Positions 46,409 through 55,468 of a stretch of 64,000 bases of DNA are shown in pieces. Within the stretch, counting starts at the first letter, position 1. Each line of letters starts with the position of its first letter. The position numbers were made by a program, and so were the translations under genes. The notes under the pieces were generated by a model, which saw only the letters and a list, made by a program, of their open reading frames with translations, did no database searches and was not told the origin of the DNA. The stretch spans positions 480,844 through 544,843 of the forward strand of contig CBDCCP010000002.1 in assembly GCA_965214915.1 (NCBI GenBank). Direction: 5' to 3'. Source of the stretch: Bryobacterales bacterium. GTDB taxonomy: Bacteria; Acidobacteriota; Terriglobia; Bryobacterales; UBA6623.

Positions 46409-49400
46409 GTTTTGCCCCGTCTCCCCTCGCCGAAGCAAAGGGAGGTGGCGGCGCTGACGCCTGACGTGCTCAGCTTTTGATCGGTTTCAATCCGCTCCCC
46501 TTGCCGAAGCAAGGGGAGATGGTGGCGTTTTGGCTGTGGTGGATTGGGGAGCGCAAGTTTCAATCCGCTCCCCTTGCCGAAGCAAGGGGAGATGACGCGC
46601 ATGTGGCCTCGCCGACGCCGGGGCACGTGTTTCAATCCGCTCCCCTTGCCGAAGCAAGGGGAGATCCGAGCGCGAGGCCATCGAGTACGTGATGGGTCTC
46701 GTTTCAATCCGCTCCCCTTGCCGAAGCAAGGGGAGATGGAGAACACGTCTCCAATGTCCTCGTTACTGATCCAGTTTCAATCCGCTCCCCTTGCCGAAGC
46801 AAGGGGAGATCGCCAAGGATTTTCGATACGGCCGCGCCGAGATCAGTTTCAATCCGCTCCCCTTGCCGAAGCAAGGGGAGATGCCTCCCGTCCGCGGGTA
46901 GCTCCCGCGCTGATGAGTTTCAATCCGCTCCCCCCGCCGAAGCGGGGGGAGATCACGACGAATCCGAATAGCCCGCAGCAATTTGTACTCGTTTCAATCC
47001 GCTCCCCCCGCCGAAGCGGGGGGAGATGCCGGCGAACGAATCGACCGATACGGCTCCGTCGCGTTTCAATCCGCTCCCCCCGCCGAAGCGGGGGGAGATG
47101 CGAGCACGGATGCGCGGTTCTCGTTCCTGCAATGTTTCAATCCGCTCCCCCCGCCGAAGCGGGCGGAGATCCAGGCGCTGCTCGGCCGCGGCGGCCTCTT
47201 TGACGTTTCAATCCGCTCCCCCCGCCGAAGCGGGGGGAGATATCGCCGGCCAGGGCGGCATCCATAATCTCGCTGGTTTCAATCCGCTCCCCCCGCCGAA
47301 GCGGGGGGAGATGATACCTACGTGGGCCGCAAGTACTCACTCCCTATCGTTTCAATCCGCTCCCCCCGCCGAAGCGGGGGGAGATTCCGGGCAGCGCGCG
47401 GGTGACCAGATATCCCCGATGGTTTCAATCCGCTCCCCCCGCCGAAGCGGGGGGAGATCAAGGTCGGGCGAAAAACGGTGAGCAATCGCGGCACGTTTCA
47501 ATCCGCTCCCCCCGCCGAAGCGGGGGGAGATTCGGGAATACCGCGTCTTCCGTAAGGCGCGCGCGGCGTTTCAATCCGCTCCCCCCGCCGAAGCGGGGGG
47601 AGATGATGCCCACGCCGATCGCGCCCCAGATATTATTGAGTTTCAATCCGCTCCCCCCGCCGAAGCGGGGGGAGATGAGCTTACGGTCGTCGAATGCGAG
47701 GATGCGGTCGCGGAGTTTCAATCCGCTCCCCCCGCCGAAGCGGGGGGAGATGCGCACCTCCTAGCGCACCGCCGACCAAAGGATCACAGTTTCAATCCGC
47801 TCCCCCCGCCGAAGCGGGGGGAGATCAACCCGGCCGGGTTGTCCACGCGGTGGCTTTTGCGTTTCAATCCGCTCCCCCCGCCGAAGCGGGGGGAGATTCG
47901 TTGACTGTCTCAAGTGCGCCGGCGCGCCTGAGTTTCAATCCGCTCCCCCCGCCGAAGCGGGGGGAGATACGAGAGTTCAGGCGCGCCGTTCTTGAGGAAC
48001 AGGGTTTCAATCCGCTCCCCCCGCCGAAGCGGGGGGAGATGTCGATATGCCGCGTCGCTCCGATCGCGGCGATATCCGTTTCAATCCGCTCCCCCCGCCG
48101 AAGCGGGGGGAGATGCGCAAGCGCTTCCTCGCGGCCGGCGCGGAGGAAGAGTTTCAATCCGCTCCCCCCGCCGAAGCGGGGGGAGATGCGCAAGCGCTTC
48201 CTCGCGGCCGGCGCGGAGGAAGAGTTTCAATCCGCTCCCCCCGCCGAAGCGGGGGGAGATCCTGAGACGATCGTCTGGATCCGCGGCCGCCAGTCGTTTC
48301 AATCCGCTCCCCCCGCCGAAGCGGGGGGAGATGATCGATCAGGGGGTGGGCGCGATCACGCTCGACGTTTCAATCCGCTCCCCCCGCCGAAGCGGGGGGA
48401 GATGCGTACGACCGCAGCGGTCGGGTGCCGGCCGCCGCAGTTTCAATCCGCTCCCCCCGCCGAAGCGGGGGGAGATCATGGTCGCCCTTTGGCGGCGCTG
48501 ATACTCTTACGTTTCAATCCGCTCCCCCCGCCGAAGCGGGGGGAGATCGGGCGGGAAGAGAAATCAGCGCCACGGGCGCCATGGTTTCAATCCGCTCCCC
48601 CCGCCGAAGCGGGGGGAGATATGAGTACCACCTCTTATCTCTCCCGACTCACCTCTGTTTCAATCCGCTCCCCCCGCCGAAGCGGGGGGAGATCCGGGAG
48701 CTGCAACGCGAATGCACCGATACAGAGGGTTTCAATCCGCTCCCCCCGCCGAAGCGGGGGGAGATCCCGCATGAGCGACCTCGAAGAGACAGATGCCGAC
48801 GTTTCAATCCGCTCCCCCCGCCGAAGCGGGGGGAGATCACGCCGAACGGCGATGCCTCGACCGGCGTATTCTGTTTCAATCCGCTCCCCCCGCCGAAGCG
48901 GGGGGAGATCGGGCGACCTCGACGAATGGCGCGCGCCAATCAGCGTTTCAATCCGCTCCCCCCGCCGAAGCGGGGGGAGATTGCGCAGGGACAGCCCGGC
49001 CGCAGCGTCCATGTGGTGTTTCAATCCGCTCCCCCCGCCGAAGCGGGGGGAGATGAGATGGCGCACAAAATCGACGACCGTGCGATCGTCGTTTCAATCC
49101 GCTCCCCCCGCCGAAGCGGGGGGAGATCGCCGGCTCGGCGATGGGTAATACCATATATAGGGAGTTTCAATCCGCTCCCCCCGCCGAAGCGGGGGGAGAT
49201 GCTGCGACTTCGCAGATGTAATTGGGTTGATCGGCTGTTTCAATCCGCTCCCCCCGCCGAAGCGGGGGGAGATCTCCGCTCATTATCCCAGTCAATAGCA
49301 CGCTCATGCGTTTCAATCCGCTCCCCCCGCCGAAGCGGGGGGAGATACCACGACCACCTACGCGCAGGTAATCCATCTCTGCGTTTCAATCCGCTCCCCC

Positions 49401-49855
49401 CGCCGAAGCGGGGGGAGATTCGATCGCGTCGAGGCGGCCGGCGTGGGCGGCCGAGTTTCAATCCGCTCCCCCCGCCGAAGCGGGGGGAGATGGCGTGCCG
49501 GTGGCGGTCTACGCCCAGCCGGATCCGTTTCAATCCGCTCCCCCCGCCGAAGCGGGGGGAGATCCCCGGAAAATCTTATGTGACCGGCCTCGAGAAAACG
49601 TTTCAATCCGCTCCCCCCGCCGAAGCGGGGGGAGATGTCGGGCGCCGTCCAGCCGCCCGACAAAATCGGCGATCGTTTCAATCCGCTCCCCCCGCCGAAG
49701 CGGGGGGAGATCAGATGCCGACGACGACGAGATTGCCGACTTCATCGTTTCAATCCGCTCCCCCCGCCGAAGCGGGGGGAGATCGGCGCACCTCCTGGAG
49801 GCGCCGCGCCGCCTCGTCGTTTCAATCCGCTCCCCCCGCCGAAGCGGGGGGAGAT
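46409..49855 (-). CRISPR. CRISPR array: 47 canonical 37-bp repeats (46484-49855) plus one degenerate terminal repeat (46409-46446); 47 spacers of 34-38 bp; transcribed on the minus strand
   Basis: Every repeat and spacer was indexed by hand, and the summed lengths reconcile exactly (47x37 + 1633). The minus-strand repeat ATCTCCCCCCGCTTCGGCGGGGGGAGCGGATTGAAAC ends in the I-C hallmark ATTGAAAC. The degenerate repeat is distal to the cas genes. Confidence 0.97.
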
Positions 49856-50035
49856 GCCGATGGCTGTAACCGGAGGCATACAAAAGGGTTATGCAGGCGG
49901 ATGCGCGATTCGGCCAACCGATTGTCCTGAATTTTCGATTCAACTGTCAAGAAACGCGATAACCCGTTACTATGCAGTCGCTTGCGGACTGCGCGAATAC
50001 ACGGCAAAAACTTCGTTGCTTGGGTTTCGCGCATG
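49856..50035 (-). promoter_or_regulatory. CRISPR leader (180 bp, AT-richer) with a candidate promoter: -35 TTGACA (complement 49945-49950) and -10 GACAAT (complement 49921-49926)
   Basis: Located between the cas2 stop and the first perfect repeat. 18-nt spacer between the hexamers. The promoter call is motif-based only. Confidence 0.45.
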
Positions 50036-50326
50036 TTACAAGATCAACGGCGCATCGAAGTCCACGGGTTCTTTGATTCCGTGATGCTCCGTCTCCTTTC
50101 GGGCGTTTTCCTCCATGCGGTAAAACCTGAGAGAATCCTGCTTCAAATCGATTTCCTTCAGCAGACGGTTCCTGAGCGCTGCCCATTCGCCTTTCCCTAC
50201 CCGGCATTCGAAAAGCGACTTCTGAACCCGGACGCCGTAATCCTCACAAGCTCGCGCCACCCGGCGAAGTCGTTTTTGTCCGGGTTTATCTACAGTCGAA
50301 ACGTCGTATGCGATCAGGATAAACAT
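50036..50326 (-). CDS. cas2: CRISPR-associated endoribonuclease Cas2
   Basis: 96 aa. MFILIAYDVSTVDKPGQKRLRRVARACEDYGVRVQKSLFEC. The start overlaps the cas1 stop. Confidence 0.95.
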   Translation of the reverse strand: MFILIAYDVSTVDKPGQKRLRRVARACEDYGVRVQKSLFECRVGKGEWAALRNRLLKEIDLKQDSLRFYRMEENARKETEHHGIKEPVDFDAPLIL

Positions 50327-51387
50327 TATTTTGGAATAAAGGGGATGTAGTCGGGGATATCGCCGCGGAGTGTTCGCGCCAATAACCGGGCTTGAATACT
50401 GAAGACTTGCCCTAAGCGGATTTTTTGTTGGAACAGAGCATGTTTGATTTCCGTTTGTTTGCGCTGTTGCCAAACCCGGATGACTTCCTTCCTGCCCCGG
50501 TCGGTGAATTCGACGGCGCCGCCTTCTCGTTCGCGAAAATGCCCGGATTCGATCCGGCGGCGATTGATCAGGGTCAATGCCAGTCTCTCCGCCAAACAAG
50601 GCCGGAATTCTTCCATCAGGTCCAAGGCGCAAGCCGGTCTCCCCGCGCGCGTCGCATGGAGCCAACCGACATAGGGGTCCAGCCCCGCTGTCGTCAACGC
50701 AGCCAGGCAATCATGGCGGACCAGGGCGTAGATGAAGGAAAGCAGGCAGTTTATCCGGTCCCCGGGCGGACGCCGCCTGCGGGTTACGAATCTGAAATCC
50801 TCTCGTTGTTGCTTGAGCATGTGTTGGAATACCGAGAAATATACCTTGGCGCCCAAGCCTTCCAGTCCTCTGACCGGGTCGAGCGCTTCCCGGAGCCCGC
50901 AATCTCCGGCAACGGCCGGGGCATCGCCGAGCCGGCGGATCAGCCGGGCCAGCTCGGCCGCTGCGCCGGCCAACTCCCGGCGGTCGGCGTCGCCGGCGGC
51001 TTCCCGTCCGGAGCGCAAGAGGTTGGAGCGCGCGTTTTGCAGCTTTCCGGCGACGAACCGCCGCGCAAAGCGCGCTGCGTCCTGCGGGTTGTCCGCCGCG
51101 GCATACTGCGCCCGGCGCAGCAGATAGCGGGTGTCGCCGCTCCCCAGGACTTGCGCCAGCAGGTAGCCGTTTTCGGTGTGATAATGCACGGCTACCTGAT
51201 GTTCCCAGCACAAGGCCATCGCCGAAGGCGTAACCGTGACTTGCCCGAACGCGCAGATGCTTTCCAGGTGGTGAATCGGAACGGCCAAGCGGGTTTGCTT
51301 TTCGATCTTGACTCGGAGCGTCAGATGGTCCTTGAGCACCACGGTTTTCGGAGTCGTCAGGTAAAGAGTGTTCTGGATGACGGCCAT
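50326..51387 (-). CDS. cas1: CRISPR-associated endonuclease Cas1 (type I-C)
   Basis: 353 aa. MAVIQNTLYLTTPKTVVLKDHLTLRV...LDPYVGWLHATRAGRPACALDLMEEFRP. Confidence 0.95.
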   Translation of the reverse strand: MAVIQNTLYLTTPKTVVLKDHLTLRVKIEKQTRLAVPIHHLESICAFGQVTVTPSAMALCWEHQVAVHYHTENGYLLAQVLGSGDTRYLLRRAQYAAADNPQDAARFARRFVAGKLQNARSNLLRSGREAAGDADRRELAGAAAELARLIRRLGDAPAVAGDCGLREALDPVRGLEGLGAKVYFSVFQHMLKQQREDFRFVTRRRRPPGDRINCLLSFIYALVRHDCLAALTTAGLDPYVGWLHATRAGRPACALDLMEEFRPCLAERLALTLINRRRIESGHFREREGGAVEFTDRGRKEVIRVWQQRKQTEIKHALFQQKIRLGQVFSIQARLLARTLRGDIPDYIPFIPK

Positions 51388-51431
51388 GATGCATCGTTGC
51401 GCCCTGCGCGGCGCACGGAGTCGGGCAACCT

Positions 51432-52073
51432 CTAATCGGCGGTGTCGAACACTTCCCGTCCGGCCCGCGCCAGCGTGGACGAATCTCCGACAATCTCAGG
51501 GAGGCAATAGTCGAAAAGCGAACATTGCGAACATTGGGGTTTATGGATTGCGTTCGGAACCCTTTCGTCTTCGATGAGCCGATGCACGGCTGCGGCGGCT
51601 TGTTCGGTGAGGCGGCGCAAGTCCTCTGTAAACGTCACCTCTCGGCGGCGCTGGCTGGATGCATGAAAAATGAATCCTCGGGGGATGTCCCGCCCGAACA
51701 TTTCTTCCAGGCAGAGGGCTTGCGCGCAAAGCTGAGCGTCATCGTTGTCGAACCTGCGCCGTCTGCCCTTTTTGTACTCGACCGGCGTCAGCGAACCATC
51801 GGGTCTGCGCTCGACGATGTCGCACTTGCCGCTGAGCCGGAGCCGGTCCGACCAGACGGGCAGCGCGCGCAGCAGGGTCGCGCCTCCGACCGTTTCATAG
51901 CCAGGAATATCGGCTTGCTCGTGCAGTTGACTCCCGATCACGGTGTGCTCGTTGGTCCCGCGCCAACCCTCAACCGCCTTCAGCGCCGCCCGGCGTTGAC
52001 AAAAAAGGTAGTCGTTGAGCAGCGAGAGAGGGATGGGATCGGGCGATAAGGGGAATAGTGCTCCAGTGGTCAC
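51432..52073 (-). CDS. cas4: CRISPR-associated exonuclease Cas4
   Basis: GTG start. LLNDYLFCQRRAAL...GKCDIVE...PVEYKKGR...CSQCSLFDYC (RecB-like nuclease with a 4-Cys cluster). Confidence 0.9.
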   Translation of the reverse strand: MTTGALFPLSPDPIPLSLLNDYLFCQRRAALKAVEGWRGTNEHTVIGSQLHEQADIPGYETVGGATLLRALPVWSDRLRLSGKCDIVERRPDGSLTPVEYKKGRRRRFDNDDAQLCAQALCLEEMFGRDIPRGFIFHASSQRRREVTFTEDLRRLTEQAAAAVHRLIEDERVPNAIHKPQCSQCSLFDYCLPEIVGDSSTLARAGREVFDTAD

Positions 52074-52936
52074 AGTTTCTCGATCAATTCCACAGTTTTG
52101 GGAAGGTTGTTTCGGTTGATGGAAACCTCATAATCGAAGAATTGGCGGGCAGCTTGGACGGATTCCTTACGAGTAACCGTTATACGTTCAAACAACTTGT
52201 GTGCCGGCGCATTGCCGAGGGCGGATTGGTGTTTGAATACGATGAGCTTTTGCGGGGCCATAGTGCCGCGCGAGGCGGAGCGGTCGAGGTCAAACATATT
52301 CTGTAATGCCTGCCAAAGAAGGTTGAGGTCGTCGCCGCCGAATCCAGTGTCGCGTGCGAGGTTGGCGGAAATGAAACCGTGGCAACGGTACAAGCCATAT
52401 GGAATGAGGTTCTTACGGCCCATCGTCTGGTTCGGAGCGTTAAGTTCCTTAGCCTCGGTAACGGCCATGCGGGTAATGGAGATGTCCATTGGCAGGATGG
52501 GATCAAGGCTGCGGCTGAAGCTCAGTTGCACGGGGCCGCGCACTTGTCCGGCGTTGGCTCCAGTGGACATTACCGCTCCGAACGTCCTCACATCGTAGTA
52601 GCGACGGCACATTTTGGCACGGGCGCTTTTCACTTGGTCGCGGGTGGCTTTCTTGGACTTGCCGTCCACTTCGTGGCCGAGGTCTTTGTGGGCTTGGGCG
52701 ATGGAGTCGTTCAGGACCGCGCCCTGGCGAACGAAGATGTCGAACGGTTCTGCACCGCCGTTAGCTTCCAGCACATAGTTGCGGATTTTGCGCTTCAGGC
52801 ACACATCGGAGACAAGACCGTGCATGTCCTGCGGGTCCATACGCGGAGCGTTGGCGGCATCGGGATCGCCGTTGGGATTGCCGTCCTTGCAGTCGAAGAG
52901 ATAGACGAAGTCGTATCGGTTTCGGATGGGATTCAT
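52070..52936 (-). CDS. cas7: Type I-C Cas7 (Csd2)
   Basis: 288 aa. MNPIRNRYDFVYLFDCKDGNPNGDPDAANAPRMDPQDMHGLVSDVCLKRKIRNYV. Confidence 0.95.
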   Translation of the reverse strand: MNPIRNRYDFVYLFDCKDGNPNGDPDAANAPRMDPQDMHGLVSDVCLKRKIRNYVLEANGGAEPFDIFVRQGAVLNDSIAQAHKDLGHEVDGKSKKATRDQVKSARAKMCRRYYDVRTFGAVMSTGANAGQVRGPVQLSFSRSLDPILPMDISITRMAVTEAKELNAPNQTMGRKNLIPYGLYRCHGFISANLARDTGFGGDDLNLLWQALQNMFDLDRSASRGTMAPQKLIVFKHQSALGNAPAHKLFERITVTRKESVQAARQFFDYEVSINRNNLPKTVELIEKL

Positions 52937-52979
52937 ATTGTCCTCACTTTCGTTTCGATATTTAAGACTGAGTTAGCGG

Positions 52980-53381
52980 TTATTGCGTAGTGGGTTCAGC
53001 GTTGGCGGTTTGTTCTTTGCGCTCGATGGAGCGGCGTCGGTACTCGGCGTTTTGATGGTAGTAGCCCAGCGCGAAACGGCCTTGACCTTCGAGATCGAGG
53101 CTGGGTGGGAAATGGTCACCTAGCTCGGTAGTGATGGACTCGAAGTCCTTACGCACGTTTTCCGCTGCGCCACCGCCGGCTTTTGCCAAGTGAAATTGCG
53201 CGTTGCGAAAGAGTCGGCCCATCACCATGGCGGGCGTGGTGCTGGCTCCGGAATAGAAACGCTCGACAACGCCGGCATTGACATTGCCGAGAGCGAGATA
53301 TTGGAGACGGTCAAAGACTGAGAAAAGTCGTCCGCAGAGATAGGCTGGATCTGTGGATTCGGTGTTCAATTTTGGGGTCAT
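52980..53381 (-). CDS. Possible internally translated small subunit Cas11c (C-terminal 133 aa of cas8c)
   Basis: In-frame ATG (complement 53379-53381) preceded by AAGGAAAGGAACAAC. The product would start MTPKLNTESTDPAYLCGRLFSVFDRLQ... Confidence 0.4.
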   Translation of the reverse strand: MTPKLNTESTDPAYLCGRLFSVFDRLQYLALGNVNAGVVERFYSGASTTPAMVMGRLFRNAQFHLAKAGGGAAENVRKDFESITTELGDHFPPSLDLEGQGRFALGYYHQNAEYRRRSIERKEQTANAEPTTQ

Positions 53382-54722
53382 GTTGTTCCTTTCCTTGGGC
53401 TTCTTGAAACGGTCTTGACGAGCGAGGCAAGCCTTGATGAGAGCCAGGCGCGCCGGGTTGGTTTTATTGTCGGTTTCGATTTGCTGCCGCCGCAGCGCCG
53501 CGGCCAAGGCAGGCAAAGGCAAGGGCGCGTTGCGTAGCGCGGCATACAAAAGTTGCGTGGGGATCTGCGGGGGCAATTCGTCAAGCTTGGCGCGGACGAG
53601 ACCGTACAGGAGATAGCCGAGCTTGAAATCGGAACGAACGGAATCGCCTTCCGGACGAACGATGGCGAGGTCTTCAAACCATTGCCGCACATTTCGTTCG
53701 ACTTCGGGAACGGTGGATTCCAGCCAGTCGCGGACAATAATGCGGCCACCGTTGCCCGAGAGACTCATGGCGTAGTACTTGTGGTCGTCGAGAATGTGTT
53801 GCTGCTGCCCGGTGTGGGGCGCCTCAAGCAGATTGCGAATATCCTGTTCGTCTGCAGTTTCAAGCAGGTCAAACGGATCGTGAGAATCCTTCTCACGTGT
53901 CCAGTGAAGATGAACGATTCCGTTCTGCGGAAGGCCACGTTGGATGAGGTCGTTTAAAGCGCTGCGAATTTTCAACTCTGCTGTAGCAGAAATGGAGGCA
54001 TTTTCACCTTGCTTCAACCCAAAAGAAGTGAACGAAGCCTTGTCAAAAGAAGTCAGATTGGTCCCCACGGCAAGACCGCCGGGCACGCCTTTGATTTTCT
54101 CCGTGGTGGAGATTGGCTCCGTCAACTCACCGGTCGCTATGCACAGGCGTTTCCTGCCCACGGCGTGCGGCCGCTGCTCTGCGCGGTGCCTGCGCCAGAA
54201 TTCCTTGAGTTCCTCCAATTGCAATAGCAATCGGCCCGAGACTCGAAAAGTGATATTCTCGTTCGGCTTCGCCTTTTGTTCCACCAGTGAAGTGTGAAGC
54301 TTTTCGATCTCGTTCGGTCGGCTCAGGAAGTTCAGAGTTGTCTGAGCCACTGCGCCTTCATTGGGGCATTCGCCAGCGGCTGCTTCCAGAAGTTGCTTGA
54401 AGTAGGCGTGTGAACCCTTGCGACGTTCGGCTCGCTCAGGCTTCTTCGGATCGGGGAAATTGACCGCGCGCTCCAGCGTGTCGCAAAGAAAAAAGGCACG
54501 CGGTCGCGAGGCAACGGTAAGTTCTTTTTGCTCGATGAACGGACGGATAAGCGTTTTCGGTTTGGGCTTTTTCGCATTCGGATTGTCCAGCAGTTCGATG
54601 GGGCCTCCGGTGAGGTTCCCGGCGGCGTCCAGGGGGACGAGCCAGCGGACAGGCGCCTCGTGAAAATCGGCATCGCCGAGACCTTCCCGTTCAGCGTATT
54701 CGATGAGGGCTTGCAGCATCAC
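52980..54722 (-). CDS. cas8c: Type I-C large subunit Cas8c (Csd1)
   Basis: 580 aa. (M)MLQALIEYAEREGL... Positioned between cas5 and cas7. The first codon is GTG at 54722 and an ATG follows at 54719. Confidence 0.9.
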   Translation of the reverse strand: MMLQALIEYAEREGLGDADFHEAPVRWLVPLDAAGNLTGGPIELLDNPNAKKPKPKTLIRPFIEQKELTVASRPRAFFLCDTLERAVNFPDPKKPERAERRKGSHAYFKQLLEAAAGECPNEGAVAQTTLNFLSRPNEIEKLHTSLVEQKAKPNENITFRVSGRLLLQLEELKEFWRRHRAEQRPHAVGRKRLCIATGELTEPISTTEKIKGVPGGLAVGTNLTSFDKASFTSFGLKQGENASISATAELKIRSALNDLIQRGLPQNGIVHLHWTREKDSHDPFDLLETADEQDIRNLLEAPHTGQQQHILDDHKYYAMSLSGNGGRIIVRDWLESTVPEVERNVRQWFEDLAIVRPEGDSVRSDFKLGYLLYGLVRAKLDELPPQIPTQLLYAALRNAPLPLPALAAALRRQQIETDNKTNPARLALIKACLARQDRFKKPKERNNMTPKLNTESTDPAYLCGRLFSVFDRLQYLALGNVNAGVVERFYSGASTTPAMVMGRLFRNAQFHLAKAGGGAAENVRKDFESITTELGDHFPPSLDLEGQGRFALGYYHQNAEYRRRSIERKEQTANAEPTTQ

Positions 54723-54740
54723 GGTTTCTTTCGGGTTGGT

Positions 54741-55463
54741 TCAGACTTCAAGGCCCGCTTTGACGTCGCGCCAGTCGGGCACGTGGACGATACCGTTTTC
54801 GAGGCGGGCATGGAAAAAGGCGCCAAGAGGTTTCGGCTTTTCGATCTTGCCGGGTTTCCAGTTTGTGGGGATGTCGAGATCGAACACGTCGTAGAGGATA
54901 TATCCCAAATCCGTGTCCGCATTGGCGTCTGGCGGCGCCGCCATGTCGCTCGGTTGACCCGGCTCGAAGTTGGCGGGGAATTCGCGGCAACCAAAGCAGG
55001 GCTGGGTGAAGCATTGGCCCTTCTCGGTGCGGCGGCGAAACATGCCGTAATACTTGCCCAGATTGTCGTCGCCTGGGAGTTCGTTGGGATCGAGAGGCTT
55101 TTTATGGGGCCGATTGGCCAAGCGGTTGAGCCCCAGGCTGGCTTCGATGACATAATCTACGTCACGGAGGGCAAGCGTGTTGCGTTGCGTGCGGTCGTCC
55201 TCGGCCAGGATGGGCTCGGGCTTGCGGGAGTTGGCGACGGATTTTACTTCGTTGCGGCGGAAGCTGAGAAATTTGATGGGACGGCGAACGGCGATACGAT
55301 GGACGCGCCAGCGGAATTGCGGCTTGTACAGAATCGCTTCGAGAATGCCTCGGGCAGCCGAGGGCGTGGGCACGGGGTAGCTCACGCGCTCGACTTTCAT
55401 TTCCGGGCGCGTGAAACAGGCCAGATCGCCCCAGACACGGAGATGGACGTGTTCAGTGTTCAT
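54741..55463 (-). CDS. cas5: Type I-C Cas5 (Cas5d, pre-crRNA endoribonuclease)
   Basis: MNTEHVHLRVWGDLACFTRPEMKVERVSYPVPTPSAARGILEAILYKPQFRW... The TTG-extended track ORF (to 55484) would run into the IS inverted repeat, so it was rejected. Confidence 0.93.
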   Translation of the reverse strand: MNTEHVHLRVWGDLACFTRPEMKVERVSYPVPTPSAARGILEAILYKPQFRWRVHRIAVRRPIKFLSFRRNEVKSVANSRKPEPILAEDDRTQRNTLALRDVDYVIEASLGLNRLANRPHKKPLDPNELPGDDNLGKYYGMFRRRTEKGQCFTQPCFGCREFPANFEPGQPSDMAAPPDANADTDLGYILYDVFDLDIPTNWKPGKIEKPKPLGAFFHARLENGIVHVPDWRDVKAGLEV

Positions 55464-55468
55464 AGTTA

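Noticed and set aside
46384-49943. Many ORFs on both strands with reiterated peptides (FQSAPPAEAGGD, SIRSPRRSGGR, NPLPPPKRGE)
   Set aside because: These are translations of the CRISPR repeats in different frames, not genes.
50327-50710. Upstream extension of cas2 (224-aa ORF 50036-50710)
   Set aside because: It overlaps the 3' end of cas1 in another frame. The canonical Cas2 N-terminus MFILIAYDV starts at 50326.
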